Notes: generated by a model not told the origin, from the letters alone. A stretch of 64,000 nt of DNA from an uncultured Clostridia bacterium (GCA_934133005.1 CAKPAI010000001.1:64478-128477); one strand, 5' to 3'. Counted from the stretch's first letter, positions 1-11,837 are shown. Numbers and translations: made by a program.

Positions 1-456
1 TTTCATTATTTCCATTGCACCTTTATCAGATATTGCAAATTTTCTATCAGTATGAGCATCCTGTCCTCTTTTTTCAGTTGCACGCATTAAAGAATAATTT
101 GGATCTTCTTTATTTAGCCAGTAATATTCATCTAATACACTAACACCATCAGTTTCAATAGATGGAATTGAACGGAATAAATCCCACATACACTCAAAAT
201 GGTTATCCATTTCTCTTCCGCCACGCATTACATATCCTAAACCGTCATATAAATATCCATCACATGCGCCACCTGGAATTGGCTCTTTTTCTAAAATATG
301 AATATTTTTTCCTTGCATTTGTCCATCTCTAACTAAAAAGCAAGCTGCAGCTAAAGCAGCTAATCCAGAACCTACAATATATGCTGATTTTTTATCAACA
401 TCTGCTGGTTTCTTTGGTCTTGCAAAAGCTTCATAATTTCCACTACTATAATACAT
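1..456 (-). CDS. oleate hydratase (myosin-cross-reactive antigen family), N-terminal part; gene runs off window start
   Basis: Minus-strand translation from ATG at 454-456 (RBS GGAGGT 464-469) gives [45 protein letters not shown]..., a typical FAD-binding N-terminus of the MCRA/oleate hydratase family. The ORF is absent from the track because it is partial. Confidence 0.7.
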   Translation of the reverse strand, partial: MYYSSGNYEAFARPKKPADVDKKSAYIVGSGLAALAAACFLVRDGQMQGKNIHILEKEPIPGGACDGYLYDGLGYVMRGGREMDNHFECMWDLFRSIPSIETDGVSVLDEYYWLNKEDPNYSLMRATEKRGQDAHTDRKFAISDKGAMEIMK

Positions 457-573
457 AATTTTCTAACCTCCTATATTATTATGTCTGTAATATTATATAT
501 AATGCAAAATTGTTTCAATAAACAAAAATAAAAATGTGTAGAAAATTACTACACATCTTGAATTTTGTATAAA

Positions 574-1128
574 TTAGTTAGACATTTTTTTAACTGCCTC
601 CTCAAAATTTCCAGTTATCATTACATCTAATTTTTTTATTATATTTTCTGGTTTTTCTTTCATACCAGCCACTATCCAGCTTTCTATTATTCCAGCAAAT
701 CCATATTTATAAAAATTTGCAATAAATATTTTGTTTTCTTTGCTTATATTATAGTTTTTAGACACATCATCAATTATTCCTATAAAAAGTTTATTACAAT
801 GTTTAAATAAAAAATTTAGTAAATACTGTCTACTTAAAGAATTATATACATTTATTATAAAAATTTTATTATTAAGCATGTAATTAAAGACATATGCAAA
901 ATTTTCTTGCCAATTTTTTATAGTTGTCTCACTTTCTACTTTTTCAACTACTTCGTTTTCAAAAATCCACTCTAACAAATCATAAACATCTCTAAAATGA
1001 TAATAGAATGTTTGTCTATTTATTCCACAATCATTTGCAATATCTGTTACTGTTATTTTGTCAAGTTCCTTGGTTTGTAACATATTCTTTAAGGACTTTG
1101 CCATTGCTTTTTTTGTAATATTAGACAT
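574..1128 (-). CDS. TetR/AcrR family transcriptional regulator
   Basis: N-terminal HTH reads LDKITVTDIANDCGINRQTFYYHFRDVYDLLEWIF. Lies immediately upstream of the hydratase on the same strand. Confidence 0.8.
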   Translation of the reverse strand: MSNITKKAMAKSLKNMLQTKELDKITVTDIANDCGINRQTFYYHFRDVYDLLEWIFENEVVEKVESETTIKNWQENFAYVFNYMLNNKIFIINVYNSLSRQYLLNFLFKHCNKLFIGIIDDVSKNYNISKENKIFIANFYKYGFAGIIESWIVAGMKEKPENIIKKLDVMITGNFEEAVKKMSN

Positions 1129-1325
1129 TTAATTTCTCCTCTATATCCCCACTTTTATTTTTTCATATTATACTGTAACAATTTATTTTGTTCAATATTT
1201 TTCAATACTTTATTTAAATTTTATATACCGCATACGTATTTCTTTACTTATATGTATCTGTCTTTTTATACCATATAGTGCTATATTATTAACCATGGAA
1301 TATAATTTTATTAAGAGGTGAAATT

Positions 1326-1655
1326 ATGGCATTGGATTATTCAATAATTGGTTCAAGATTAAAACTTGCAAGACAAAAAGCAGGACTTACGCAGCAGGAC
1401 CTCGCGGAAGAAGCTAACCTTTCAGTTGCTTACATTAGCCGTGTCGAGCGTGGTAGTTCACATATAAACTTAAAAAGGCTTAGCGAATTTTGTAAAATTT
1501 TAGGTATTTCTGAAGGTTCAATTTTAAACGGAGTTTCAGACTCAGCCAGTGATTATTTATATGAAGAATTTAACACAATTTTGCAAAATTGTTCTCCAGA
1601 AAAACAAAAATTGATATATAATGTTGCAAAATTAATTGCAGAATCAGAAGATTAA
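1326..1655 (+). CDS. XRE-family HTH transcriptional regulator
   Basis: HTH motif LARQKAGLTQQDLAEEANLSVAYISRVERG. Confidence 0.7.
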   Translation: MALDYSIIGSRLKLARQKAGLTQQDLAEEANLSVAYISRVERGSSHINLKRLSEFCKILGISEGSILNGVSDSASDYLYEEFNTILQNCSPEKQKLIYNVAKLIAESED

Positions 1656-1796
1656 AAGTATTGTTCTTTTCTTTTTTGAAAAGGACAAATTTTTTGCAAT
1701 TTTTTCATTGATAATAATTTGTCATTATGCTAATATTATTAGTAGTTTATTTTTATAAAATTTAAATGAAAATATACTAATTTAAGGAGGTTATTT

Positions 1797-4028
1797 ATGG
1801 ATTTTAAACAATGGGAAGGCTTTGAAAAAGGCGAATGGACTAAAGAAATTGATGTAAGAAATTTTATTCAAAAAAATTACACACCTTACACAGGAAATGA
1901 AGATTTCTTAGCTCCTGCAACTGAAAAAACTTCAAAGTTATGGGATAAAGTACTAAATTTATATGAAAAAGAAAAGGAAAATGGTGTTTTAGATGTTGAT
2001 GTAAAAACTCCATCAGGAATAAATAGATATGAAGCTGGTTATATCGACAAAAACTTAGAAGATATCGTTGGACTTCAAACAGATGCTCCTTTAAAAAGAG
2101 CTATAATGCCAAATGGAGGTATTAGAATAGTTGAAAAATCATGCGAAGCTTATGGATACAAAGTTGATGATGAAGTTGAATATATTTATCACAATTTAAG
2201 AAAAACTCATAACGACGGTGTTTTTGATGCATATACTCCAGATATTAGAGCTGCACGTTCACATCACTTACTTACAGGTCTTCCAGATGGATATGGTCGT
2301 GGTCGTATAATTGGTGATTATAGAAGAGTTGCCCTATATGGTGTTGATGCTTTAATTGCTGAGAAAAAAGATGAACTTGACATTTTAGATGTTGATGAAT
2401 TTACAGAAGATGTAGTTCGTGACAGAGAAGAAATATCTGAACAAATTAGAGCTTTAGAAGATTTAAAGAAAATGGCTTCAAAATATGGATTTGATATTTC
2501 AGTTCCTGCTTCAAACTCAAAAGAAGCTGTTCAGTGGTTATATTTTGCTTACTTAGCAGCTACAAAAGATCAAAATGGTGCTGCAATGTCACTTGGTAGA
2601 ACATCTACTTTCTTAGATATATACTTTGAAAAAGACTTAAAATCAGGATTAATTACAGAATCAGAAGTTCAAGAAATTATGGATCACTTCATAATGAAAT
2701 TAAGAATGATAAGATTTTTAAGAACACCTGAATACAATGACTTATTCTCAGGAGATCCAGTTTGGGTTACTGAAAGTATTGGCGGTATGGGAATTGATGG
2801 AAGAACTTTAGTTACTAAAAACTCATTTAGAGTACTTCATACTCTAGAAACTTTAGGCGCTGCTCCAGAACCAAACTTAACAGTTCTTTGGTCAAAAAAT
2901 TTACCTACTGGATTTAAAAATTATTGTGCAAAAATTTCTATTAACACATCTTCTATTCAATATGAAAATGATGATTTAATGAGAATTACTTTAGGTGATG
3001 ATTATGGAATTGCTTGTTGCGTTTCAGCAATGAAAATTGGAAAACAAATGCAATTCTTTGGTGCAAGAGCTAACCTTGCCAAAGCACTTCTTTATGCTAT
3101 TAATGGTGGTAAAGATGAAAACACAGGAAAACAAGTTACTCCTATGTTTGCCCCTATCACTTCAGAATATCTAGACTATGATGAAGTTATGGCAAAATAT
3201 GACCAAATGCTTGATTATGTTGCAAAAATCTACATGAAATCATTAAATGCTATACACTACATGCATGATAAATATTCTTATGAAGCTTTAGAAATGGCTT
3301 TACATGACAGAAATATTTACAGAACAATGGCTTGTGGAATTGCTGGTCTTTCAGTTGTTGCAGACTCTTTATCAGCTATAAAATATGCAAAAGTTAAAGT
3401 TATTCGTGATGAAAATGGACTTGCTGTTGACTACAGTGTTGAAGGGGACTTTCCTAAATACGGAAATGACGATGACAGAGTTGATGAAATTGCTGTAAAC
3501 TTAGTAAAGAAATTTATGAAAAAATTAGAGGGCCATTATTCTTATCGTGGTTCTACTCCTACTCTTTCTATATTAACAATTACTTCAAATGTTGTTTATG
3601 GAAAAGCTACAGGAAACACACCTGACGGAAGAAGAGCTGGAGCTCCATTTGGACCTGGTGCAAACCCACTTCATGGAAGAGATACACAAGGCGCAATCGC
3701 AGTAATGAACACCATTGCCAAACTTCCTTATGAATATTCTGAAGATGGAATTTCATTCACATTCTCAATAACACCTGGAACACTTGGTCACGAATTAGAT
3801 ACAAGAGTTAGCAACTTAGTAGGAATGCTTGATGGATACTTTATGCAAACAGGACATCATATAAATGTCAATGTATTTGATAGAGCTTTATTACAAGATG
3901 CTATGGATCATCCTGAAAAATATCCTCAACTTACAATTAGAGTTTCTGGATATGCTGTAAACTTTGTAAAACTTACAAGAGAACAACAATTAGATGTTAT
4001 AAACAGAACAATTCATGAAAGAATATAA
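1797..4028 (+). CDS. pflB: pyruvate formate-lyase (formate C-acetyltransferase)
   Basis: 743 aa. C-terminal glycyl-radical motif RVSGYAVNF and an active-site CC region. RBS AAGGAGG. Confidence 0.95.
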   Translation: MDFKQWEGFEKGEWTKEIDVRNFIQKNYTPYTGNEDFLAPATEKTSKLWDKVLNLYEKEKENGVLDVDVKTPSGINRYEAGYIDKNLEDIVGLQTDAPLKRAIMPNGGIRIVEKSCEAYGYKVDDEVEYIYHNLRKTHNDGVFDAYTPDIRAARSHHLLTGLPDGYGRGRIIGDYRRVALYGVDALIAEKKDELDILDVDEFTEDVVRDREEISEQIRALEDLKKMASKYGFDISVPASNSKEAVQWLYFAYLAATKDQNGAAMSLGRTSTFLDIYFEKDLKSGLITESEVQEIMDHFIMKLRMIRFLRTPEYNDLFSGDPVWVTESIGGMGIDGRTLVTKNSFRVLHTLETLGAAPEPNLTVLWSKNLPTGFKNYCAKISINTSSIQYENDDLMRITLGDDYGIACCVSAMKIGKQMQFFGARANLAKALLYAINGGKDENTGKQVTPMFAPITSEYLDYDEVMAKYDQMLDYVAKIYMKSLNAIHYMHDKYSYEALEMALHDRNIYRTMACGIAGLSVVADSLSAIKYAKVKVIRDENGLAVDYSVEGDFPKYGNDDDRVDEIAVNLVKKFMKKLEGHYSYRGSTPTLSILTITSNVVYGKATGNTPDGRRAGAPFGPGANPLHGRDTQGAIAVMNTIAKLPYEYSEDGISFTFSITPGTLGHELDTRVSNLVGMLDGYFMQTGHHINVNVFDRALLQDAMDHPEKYPQLTIRVSGYAVNFVKLTREQQLDVINRTIHERI

Positions 4029-4082
4029 ATTAATTTAAGGGGGCCTATTTCTAAGCCCCCTACTTTAAAAGGAGAACTTTAT

Positions 4083-4820
4083 ATGAGCACAGCAGAAAAT
4101 TCTACTTTAAAATGTCCCATCCACTCATTCGAATCGATGGGCGCAGTTGATGGTCCTGGTCTTAGATTTGTAGTGTTTACACAAGGTTGCAATCTTCAAT
4201 GCAAGTACTGTCAAAACAGAGATACTTGGACTCACTCTGGTGGAACTTTTTATACAGTAGATGAATTACTTGAAAAAATTTTAAGATATAAAAACTACTT
4301 TACCGCTTCTGGTGGAGGCGTCACAATAAGTGGTGGTGAACCTCTTATTCACATGCAATTTTTGATAGAATTATTTAAAAAGTTAAAAGAGCACAATATT
4401 CATACTGCAATAGACACTTCTGGGGTATTTTATTTGACACCTGGTATGATAGAACTTATCAATTTAACAGATCTATTTTTACTTGATATAAAATGTATAA
4501 ATGATGAAATTTGCAAAGATTTAACTTCTGTTTCAAACCAAAAAGAATTAGAATTTGCAAAATATTTAAGTTCTATTGGCAAGCCTATGTGGATTAGACA
4601 AGTCCTTGTTCCTGGCTATACAGATAAAGAAGAAGATTTGTTAAAATTAAAAGAATTTTTAGCAAGCCTATCATCTGTTCAAAAGGTAGAAATACTTCCA
4701 TACCATGACATGGGAAAACACAAGTGGCTCGAAATGGGCCTAACTTATCCTTTAGAAAGTGTTAGAGTTGCAAATTCAGATGATGTTGATAGAGCTAAAA
4801 AAATATTAGGCTTAAACTAG
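4083..4820 (+). CDS. pflA: pyruvate formate-lyase activating enzyme (radical SAM)
   Basis: CNLQCKYCQN CxxxCxxC motif, immediately downstream of pflB. A stem-loop (GGGGGCC..GCCCCC) lies between the two genes. Confidence 0.9.
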   Translation: MSTAENSTLKCPIHSFESMGAVDGPGLRFVVFTQGCNLQCKYCQNRDTWTHSGGTFYTVDELLEKILRYKNYFTASGGGVTISGGEPLIHMQFLIELFKKLKEHNIHTAIDTSGVFYLTPGMIELINLTDLFLLDIKCINDEICKDLTSVSNQKELEFAKYLSSIGKPMWIRQVLVPGYTDKEEDLLKLKEFLASLSSVQKVEILPYHDMGKHKWLEMGLTYPLESVRVANSDDVDRAKKILGLN

Positions 4821-4902
4821 ATTTGCTAATATTTTTGAAAAAATATCCAAAAAATAAAAGAACCAAAATTGAATTTTTTATCAATTTGAGTTCTTTTTAT
4901 TT

Positions 4903-5757
4903 TTATAAAATTAAATCTATCATTAGTCCAGAAATTACAGATACTACATAAAGAATTCCCAAGATTGTTAAATTTTCTTTTATGTGTTTGTTTGATTTAA
5001 ATAGTACTAACATTCCTACTCCTGAACCTATTAATAGTCCTGCAATCATCGAACCTAGTGAAATTATATTTTGTAAATATAGCTGTGTTAAAATTACAGA
5101 ACTTGCACAGTTTGGAATAATTCCAACCAAAGCTGAAAGCATTACTCCTAGCACTGGCATGTTTACAACAATACTTGCAATTTGTTCTTCACCAATAAAG
5201 TGTACTATTGTATTTATAACAAAGCTTATTACTAAAATAAATAAAAATATATGTATTGTATGTTTTATTGCTGATTTTACAATTCCATGTTCACAATCGC
5301 AATGCTCATGGTCACACATATTTCCTACTGTTTCTTCAACAGTTTCATTCTTTTTTTCTTTATTTTTTAATTTTGATATTCCATCAATTATAAAACCAAC
5401 AACAATTCCTATTACTAATTTTATTGCAAGAATTTTTAAAATTAAGCCTATTGGTGCTGCTTCTGATATTAAAATTGGAAGCATTTCATCTGATGTAGAT
5501 AAAAATACAGCAATTAGTGTTCCCATTGTTATTATTCTTCCACTATATAAATTGGCTGCTGTTGCACTAAATCCACATTGTGGAACAACTCCTAATATTC
5601 CACCAAATAGTGGTCCTAATTTTCCTGATTTTTCTACAATATTTCTTACTTTTCCACTTGTTTTATGCTCTAAATATTCCATTAGCAAATATGCCAAAAA
5701 TAAAAATGGTATTAGTTTAAGGCTATCTACAAGTGTATCCTCTATTACTTCTATCAT
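4903..5757 (-). CDS. polytopic membrane protein, putative metal permease (ArsP/DUF2899-like) with a His/Cys-rich loop
   Basis: Multiple TM segments and a CDHEHCDCEH loop. The antisense ORF 4982-5770 is rejected. Confidence 0.4.
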   Translation of the reverse strand: MIEVIEDTLVDSLKLIPFLFLAYLLMEYLEHKTSGKVRNIVEKSGKLGPLFGGILGVVPQCGFSATAANLYSGRIITMGTLIAVFLSTSDEMLPILISEAAPIGLILKILAIKLVIGIVVGFIIDGISKLKNKEKKNETVEETVGNMCDHEHCDCEHGIVKSAIKHTIHIFLFILVISFVINTIVHFIGEEQIASIVVNMPVLGVMLSALVGIIPNCASSVILTQLYLQNIISLGSMIAGLLIGSGVGMLVLFKSNKHIKENLTILGILYVVSVISGLMIDLIL

Positions 5758-5868
5758 TAATTTCTCCTAAAATATTTTATTATCTTTCTAACTTTATTAT
5801 AATATCACAATTATTTTATTTTTGCAATCTTTTTATGTAAATTATTTATATTCATTATATAAAAAAGA

Positions 5869-5891
5869 AGAGCTCTAAGCTCTCCTTTTTT
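5869..5891 (-). terminator. rho-independent terminator downstream of tRNA-Met
   Basis: AGAGC-TCTAA-GCTCT hairpin flanked by an A-run and a T-run. Confidence 0.5.
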
Positions 5892-5918
5892 CAATGCATA
5901 ATTTTACCACTTACGGTA

Positions 5919-5995
5919 TGGTAGCGAAGAATGGACTTGAACCATCGACCTGCCGGGTATGAACCGGATGCTCTAGCCAACTGAGCTACTTCGCC
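5919..5995 (-). tRNA. tRNA-Met (anticodon CAT)
   Basis: Reverse complement GGCGAAGTAGCTCAGTTGGCTAGAGCATCCGGTTCATACCCGGCAGGTCGATGGTTCAAGTCCATTCTTCGCTACCA folds as a cloverleaf with anticodon loop TTCATAC. Position 1-72 is a G·U pair. Confidence 0.85.
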
Positions 5996-6080
5996 ATGTC
6001 TGCAAGACAAATATTATTATAAACGTAAAAATTATTTTTGTCAAGAAAATTTTTAATATTTGTCTATTTTTTATAAAAAA

Positions 6081-6512
6081 TTATCTTTCTGGTTCGTTAT
6101 TACCTCTTTTTAAAATATCTGTAAATTTATTTAAATCACCATATTCACTGTCTGTTTTTTCTTTTGCTGATTTTTGTTTATCTTCATCATCTATTTTCGG
6201 TTTAATACTTCTACTTGTAGTAGTTTTAGTTTTTTTCTCTTCTTGTGCTTTTACTTTAGCTTTTGATGGTTTCTTCTCTTTTACATCTTCAGATTGAATA
6301 GGCTCGTCAAAAGAAATACCTCCTTTTTGACCTGGCTTATAATGAGATATAATATTTTCTATAAATTTTAAATGTTCCCTTAAATAGGTAGATAAACTAC
6401 TAACAGGAACTTCTTCTATATTGTCTGGTTTAAAAAAATCAGTAATTGAATGCCAAAATTTTGAAACAAAAGAACCAAATCTGGCCCAAATATTTTTTTT
6501 GCTAGATGTCAT
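6081..6512 (-). CDS. hypothetical protein with a Lys/Glu-rich C-terminus
   Basis: ORF only. Tightly packed with the two upstream minus-strand genes. Confidence 0.35.
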   Translation of the reverse strand: MTSSKKNIWARFGSFVSKFWHSITDFFKPDNIEEVPVSSLSTYLREHLKFIENIISHYKPGQKGGISFDEPIQSEDVKEKKPSKAKVKAQEEKKTKTTTSRSIKPKIDDEDKQKSAKEKTDSEYGDLNKFTDILKRGNNEPER

Positions 6513-6578
6513 AACTTTCCTCCTGTGCTAAACTTTATACATTATTAGTTTAGCACAATAAGGATGAAAAAGCAATAA

Positions 6579-6860
6579 TTATTCAATTTTTCTATTTCCA
6601 TCACGAGATGACACTTTTGCAGATAAATTTTCATACTCTTTGCATTTTATTTTGTATTCCATTTGCATAGCAAGATAACGATAGTACATATACGCTTGTT
6701 CATATTGTGCAAATGGGTTTAGCATTGGATTACATTCAAAATTATTATAATTAGAATTTATATTATTAGGATTTTGTGGTTGTTCAAAATTCATATCATA
6801 CATTGAATTTCCATTAAATTGCGGAACTCCATAAAAATTAAAGTCATTATTCTTATCCAT
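6579..6860 (-). CDS. hypothetical Asn/Tyr/Gln-rich small protein
   Basis: ORF only. Low-complexity N/Q/Y-rich composition. Confidence 0.3.
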   Translation of the reverse strand: MDKNNDFNFYGVPQFNGNSMYDMNFEQPQNPNNINSNYNNFECNPMLNPFAQYEQAYMYYRYLAMQMEYKIKCKEYENLSAKVSSRDGNRKIE

Positions 6861-6875
6861 AACAAGAGATTCCTT

Positions 6876-7931
6876 TCATAAATTAAAATTAAGTGTAGGA
6901 ATTAAATTTAAAAAAATATATGTATATCCTGAAGCAATTATGCCTTGTAATATTTTTCCATAAAAATACTTTTTTATACGCAAATCCGATTTCGATGTAA
7001 TACTTAAAACTTGCAATAATACTGAAATTCCTCCAAATCCGAGAAGAAAAGCACAAATAATAGTATTTAATCCAATATTTTTGCAGGCAATGTTACTTAT
7101 TATTGACACTCCGTTAGTAAGCTCTATAACTCCTGATATTAGTCCTAATGAAAATTCATTTGGAATTCCAAGAATATCAAAAATATAAGTAATTGGTATA
7201 GCAATTATATTTAATACATAACTTTTCTTTAAAATTGTTATTAATATTGAAAATATTATAACAAATCCACCTATCATTATAACATTTTTACTTGCATCCA
7301 AAATTGAAGTTGCTAGTATTTCTCCAAGATTAGAAAAAGTACATGTTTTATTGTTTCCGGAAAATATATTTGACTTATATGCAGAAATTTTTGATTTTTT
7401 CATTCTTGAAATTATTCCTAAAATTATTCCTACACTAATTGCTGACAATATATGAGTAATTAATAAAACTATTCCAATTGACGAATTACAAAATAAAGCA
7501 GATCCAACAGTTCCTAAAATGAACAGTGGGCCTGAATTGTTAGTAAAGCAAAGCATCCTTTCTCCTTCATCTTGTGTACATAAATTTGAATTTCTCAGGT
7601 CAGTAACTATCTTCGCGCCAATCGGATACCCCGAAATTAGTCCAATAATAAAAGCAAATGATGCTTCTCCCGGAACATTAAAAATTGGTCTCATAACACC
7701 ATTAAAAAATTTACTAAAATATTTCATTATTGGTGTATGATTTAATAAATTTGTTGCTACAAAAAACGGAAACAAACTTGGCACAACATTTAATGCCCAC
7801 AATTTTAATCCAGATTTTGCCGCAATTAAATTACTACTAGAAAACACCATCAAAAACATTGTAAATATCAAAAAAATTACAGACAATATATTTCTCTTTA
7901 ATGATAAAACATAAATCTTAAAACGTTTCAT
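6876..7931 (-). CDS. nucleoside-recognition (Gate) domain membrane protein, YlbJ-like sporulation integral membrane protein
   Basis: 351 aa polytopic protein. Pattern matches the YlbJ / nucleoside transporter gate family. Confidence 0.5.
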   Translation of the reverse strand: MKRFKIYVLSLKRNILSVIFLIFTMFLMVFSSSNLIAAKSGLKLWALNVVPSLFPFFVATNLLNHTPIMKYFSKFFNGVMRPIFNVPGEASFAFIIGLISGYPIGAKIVTDLRNSNLCTQDEGERMLCFTNNSGPLFILGTVGSALFCNSSIGIVLLITHILSAISVGIILGIISRMKKSKISAYKSNIFSGNNKTCTFSNLGEILATSILDASKNVIMIGGFVIIFSILITILKKSYVLNIIAIPITYIFDILGIPNEFSLGLISGVIELTNGVSIISNIACKNIGLNTIICAFLLGFGGISVLLQVLSITSKSDLRIKKYFYGKILQGIIASGYTYIFLNLIPTLNFNL

Positions 7932-8100
7932 AAAACATCCTTTCTTTATATCTAAAATATATTATTTATTGCATAAAATATGATAAATAGCCAAATAAAA
8001 CACTTGAAAAATATAAATATATAATGTTATAATAATGATTGTGACTGCATATTATACATATGTAGTTAATAATATATTAATAGTAAAGGAATGATTATTT

Positions 8101-8682
8101 ATGAATATTTGCGTATACGGCGCAGCAAGTAGTTTAATTGATCCAAACTACATAGAAGCTGGAAAAGAATTAGGAAGAAAAATGGTTGAGCGTGGCCATG
8201 GTTTAGTATTTGGTGGAGGTTCTCATGGAATGATGGGAGCTCTTGCAGATGGTGTAGCAGAAAAGTCTGGATATATTTTAGGAATAATTCCTGAATTTTT
8301 TAAAGAAGCTAATTCAGAAGTTTCTTTTAACAACTGTTCAGAGTACATCTATACTGATACAATGAGAGAACGTAAACGTCTCTTAGAAGAAAAATCTGAT
8401 GCTTTTATAGTATCTCCTGGTGGAATTGGAACAATGGATGAATTCTTTGAAATACTTACATTAAAGCAATTAGGTAGACACAATAAAGCCATTGTTTTAT
8501 ATAATGTTAACGGATTTTTTGATGAGTTAGAAAATATGATGACAAAATCAATCGAACAACATTTCATAACAGATGACTGTAAAGAACTTTACAAAGTATC
8601 TTCAGATATAAATGAAATACTTGATTATATTGAATCTTATGATCCAACAGATATTGATTTAAGTAAAGTAAAAATTAGATAA
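8101..8682 (+). CDS. LOG family (TIGR00730) cytokinin-riboside-5'-phosphate phosphoribohydrolase-like protein
   Basis: Motifs GGGSHGMMGA and PGGIGTMDEFFE. Confidence 0.8.
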   Translation: MNICVYGAASSLIDPNYIEAGKELGRKMVERGHGLVFGGGSHGMMGALADGVAEKSGYILGIIPEFFKEANSEVSFNNCSEYIYTDTMRERKRLLEEKSDAFIVSPGGIGTMDEFFEILTLKQLGRHNKAIVLYNVNGFFDELENMMTKSIEQHFITDDCKELYKVSSDINEILDYIESYDPTDIDLSKVKIR

Positions 8683-8727
8683 AAGAAAAAGCACATTAAC
8701 TATTTAATAGTTAGCGTGCTTTTTTTA

Positions 8728-9855
8728 TTAGCTCATATAATCTTTTAACTTTTTGCTTCTACTTGGATGACGCAATTTTCTTAATGCTTTTGCTTCTATT
8801 TGTCTTATTCTCTCCCTAGTAACTTGAAACTCTTTTCCAACTTCTTCTAGTGTTCTTGATTTTCCGTCTTCCAATCCAAATCTTAACTTTAAAACTTTTG
8901 CCTCTCTTGGAGTAAGTGTTTTCATAACCTCTTCCAATTGCTCTCTAAGTAAAGTATATGCTGCAGCATCTTGTGGTGCTGGGCTATCATCATCTTGTAT
9001 AAAATCTCCTAAATGACTGTCTTCTTCTTCTCCTATTGGAGTTTCCAAAGATACTGGATCTTGAGCAATTTTTTGTATTTCTGTTACTTTTTCAACACTA
9101 ATTTCCATTTCTTTTGCAATTTCTTCTGGGGTTGGTTCTCTACCTAGCTGTTGTAATAAGTGTCTTGATGTTCTAATTAATTTATTAATTGTTTCAACCA
9201 TATGAACTGGAATTCTTATTGTTCTTGCTTGATCAGCAATAGCTCTTGTAATAGCTTGTCTTATCCACCATGTTGCATAAGTACTAAATTTATATCCTTT
9301 AGTATAATCAAATTTTTCAACAGCTTTTATAAGTCCCATATTTCCTTCTTGAATTAGGTCTAAAAATAACATACCTCTTCCAACATATTTTTTTGCAATA
9401 CTTACTACAAGTCTTAAATTTGATTCGGCAAGTTTTTGTTTTGCTTCTTCATCTCCTGCTAAAACTCTCTTAGCAAGTTCTAGCTCTTCATCATAAGTTA
9501 AAAGTGGAATTCTTCCAATTTCTCTTAAATACATTCTAACAGGATCATCAATGTTTATTCCTTCCATATTAGATATATCTAAATCTTCTACTTTTACCTC
9601 ATCCATTGCTTCAAGGTCTTCAATATCAGGTTCATCTAAGTCAACATCATCATCTTTTAAAACGTCTACGCCTAAATTTTCAAAAGCATCAAAAACCTTA
9701 TCCATTTGATCTGTATTAGCATCATCTAATTCACTTGCAAGCTCAGCATAAGTTATTTTTCCTTTTTCTTTTGCCTTTTTAATTATGTCATGTACTTTAG
9801 CTTCTGCACTATTTTCTTCTTGAACTTCTACTTTTTTTTCTTCTTTATTATTCAT
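8728..9855 (-). CDS. rpoD: RNA polymerase primary sigma factor
   Basis: Sigma-70 regions 2-4 ([29 protein letters not shown]). Lies 16 bp downstream of dnaG. Confidence 0.95.
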   Translation of the reverse strand: MNNKEEKKVEVQEENSAEAKVHDIIKKAKEKGKITYAELASELDDANTDQMDKVFDAFENLGVDVLKDDDVDLDEPDIEDLEAMDEVKVEDLDISNMEGINIDDPVRMYLREIGRIPLLTYDEELELAKRVLAGDEEAKQKLAESNLRLVVSIAKKYVGRGMLFLDLIQEGNMGLIKAVEKFDYTKGYKFSTYATWWIRQAITRAIADQARTIRIPVHMVETINKLIRTSRHLLQQLGREPTPEEIAKEMEISVEKVTEIQKIAQDPVSLETPIGEEEDSHLGDFIQDDDSPAPQDAAAYTLLREQLEEVMKTLTPREAKVLKLRFGLEDGKSRTLEEVGKEFQVTRERIRQIEAKALRKLRHPSRSKKLKDYMS

Positions 9856-9871
9856 TCAAACACATTCCTTC

Positions 9872-11689
9872 CTATTTCATCTTTGCAAGCTTAATTATTA
9901 TACTGTTAAGCTCTTCTTCTAAACTTGCCACTTCATTTTCTGCTAAATTTTGCTTCTGTGCTTCTGTAAGTTTATTTAAAATTTCTTTCCTCCTATTTAT
10001 AAGAAATTCTTTCCTATAGGATACAATTACATCTTCTATACATTTATCAACATCTGTTATTTCAAAATCTGATGACATTATTCCTGATAAATAATTTACC
10101 GTTTCATCATCTTCAAACATATCTATAAAGTTGTCAATACTAATATTTCCTTTTTCGGCTTCTTCATACAATTTATTTATTATTTTATTATTTATTTCAA
10201 GTTTTATTAATCCACTTTGCACAATATTTTTCATTTTTTCGAATGCTTTATCAGGATAATTTATGAGTAAATATATTATCAAGCTTTCAAGGCGTTTTGT
10301 TTTTTCATCAACATTTTCTTCTATATTATTTGCTAAATTCATACTAGTACTAGGCTTTATTTGAATAGACTTTTTCTCTAATCGTTGTTCAGCTCGATTA
10401 TTAGCATATAACAGTTTATTTATTTCAGCATATATTGCATCTTTTGAAATTTTGTACTCAAGAGATATTTTATCAACATATACTTCCCTTTCTATACTAT
10501 TTTCAACTTTTGAGAGTATCTTTGCAACTTCATTTAAAAATTTAATTTTATCATTTACTACATCTAAATTTAAATCTTTTTTTAGCATTTTTACTTTAAA
10601 TTCAACAAGAGAAATTGCTTGATCCATACACTTTTGAAATTTTTCTGGTCCATATTTTATGACATACTCATCAGGATCTTTTGCTCCCTGAATTTGAAGT
10701 ATTCTTATATCACATCCTAAATTATATAAAATTTCAAGTCCTCTTAATATTGCTGCTTGTCCTGCACCATCAGCATCATAGCCAATTATTACTTTTTCAC
10801 AACTTCTTCTTAAAAGTCTGCCTTGTGCTTCTGTTAATGCCGTTCCAAGAGAGGCAACCACATTATTTATTCCTCTTTGATGAAGAGAAATTGCATCCAT
10901 ATATCCTTCAACAATTAAAATTGTTTTAGGATTGTTCTTTTTAGCTACATTGTATGCAAATAAGTTTCTTCCCTTGCTATATACTATATTTTCTGGTGAA
11001 TTTATATATTTAGGTTTGCTATCATCTAAAACTCTTCCTCCAAATGCTATTACTCTATCCCTACTATCAAAAATTGGAAACATCAGTCTATTTCTGTATC
11101 TATCAATAAATTTTCCATCATCATTTCTATTTACTAAACCTGTTGCCAAAATTTCTTCATCTGAAAACCCTTGTTTTTTCAGCTCTAAATATAATTCGTT
11201 AAATTTTCCAGAATAGCCTATCTTAAAAGTTTTTAGAGTTCTATTATCTAACTTTCTCTTTTTTACATATTCTTGTCCCATTTTTGCCGTTGGTAAATAT
11301 AAATTTTGATGGTAAAATTCCGCTGCTACTTTATTTACTTCATAAACTCTTCTTTTTAATCTTTCTCTTCTATCATCAGCGTCACTAGTTGAATTAATAG
11401 GTAGTTCTACATTAACACGATTTGCTAATAGTTCTACAGCTTCTTTAAAATCAACATTTTCTATTTTTTGAACAAAACGAAAAACATTTCCACCAACTCC
11501 ACATCCGAAGCAATGGAATATTTGTTTATCTGGAGATACACAAAATGAACCCGATTTTTCCTTATGAAATGGACATAGCCCCATATAATTTCTACCAGAC
11601 CTTTTTAATACGACATACTCTGATACAATATCAATTATGTCGTTCTTACTTTTTATTTCGTCTAATAATTCGTCACTATATCTTATCAT
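9872..11689 (-). CDS. dnaG: DNA primase
   Basis: Zinc ribbon CPFHKEKSGSFCVSPDKQIFHCFGCG and a TOPRIM domain. Start chosen at MIRYSDELL (ATG 11689, RBS AAGGA) rather than the ORF-track start 11728. Confidence 0.9.
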   Translation of the reverse strand: MIRYSDELLDEIKSKNDIIDIVSEYVVLKRSGRNYMGLCPFHKEKSGSFCVSPDKQIFHCFGCGVGGNVFRFVQKIENVDFKEAVELLANRVNVELPINSTSDADDRRERLKRRVYEVNKVAAEFYHQNLYLPTAKMGQEYVKKRKLDNRTLKTFKIGYSGKFNELYLELKKQGFSDEEILATGLVNRNDDGKFIDRYRNRLMFPIFDSRDRVIAFGGRVLDDSKPKYINSPENIVYSKGRNLFAYNVAKKNNPKTILIVEGYMDAISLHQRGINNVVASLGTALTEAQGRLLRRSCEKVIIGYDADGAGQAAILRGLEILYNLGCDIRILQIQGAKDPDEYVIKYGPEKFQKCMDQAISLVEFKVKMLKKDLNLDVVNDKIKFLNEVAKILSKVENSIEREVYVDKISLEYKISKDAIYAEINKLLYANNRAEQRLEKKSIQIKPSTSMNLANNIEENVDEKTKRLESLIIYLLINYPDKAFEKMKNIVQSGLIKLEINNKIINKLYEEAEKGNISIDNFIDMFEDDETVNYLSGIMSSDFEITDVDKCIEDVIVSYRKEFLINRRKEILNKLTEAQKQNLAENEVASLEEELNSIIIKLAKMK

Positions 11690-11837
11690 TATCATTCCTT
11701 CTCTATTATTATATTCGACACAAATCAAAGTTTCCCTTCTTTATTCGCCACAATATGTAAACTATTTTGAACATATGTTAAAAGACTAACAATTTTATTA
11801 GTTAGTCTTTCTCGTTAGTGTTATATCATTTATTTTA

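Noticed and set aside
4982-5770. 262-aa plus-strand ORF
   Set aside because: It lies entirely antisense to the well-supported polytopic membrane protein 4903-5757, has a low-complexity S/T/I-rich translation and no RBS.
10681-11216. Small plus-strand ORFs within dnaG and pheT/pheS/rnr regions (for example 10681-10929, 10932-11216, 15234-15980, 21019-22010)
   Set aside because: They overlap essential genes on the opposite strand. This is the AT-rich codon bias artefact typical of low-GC genomes.
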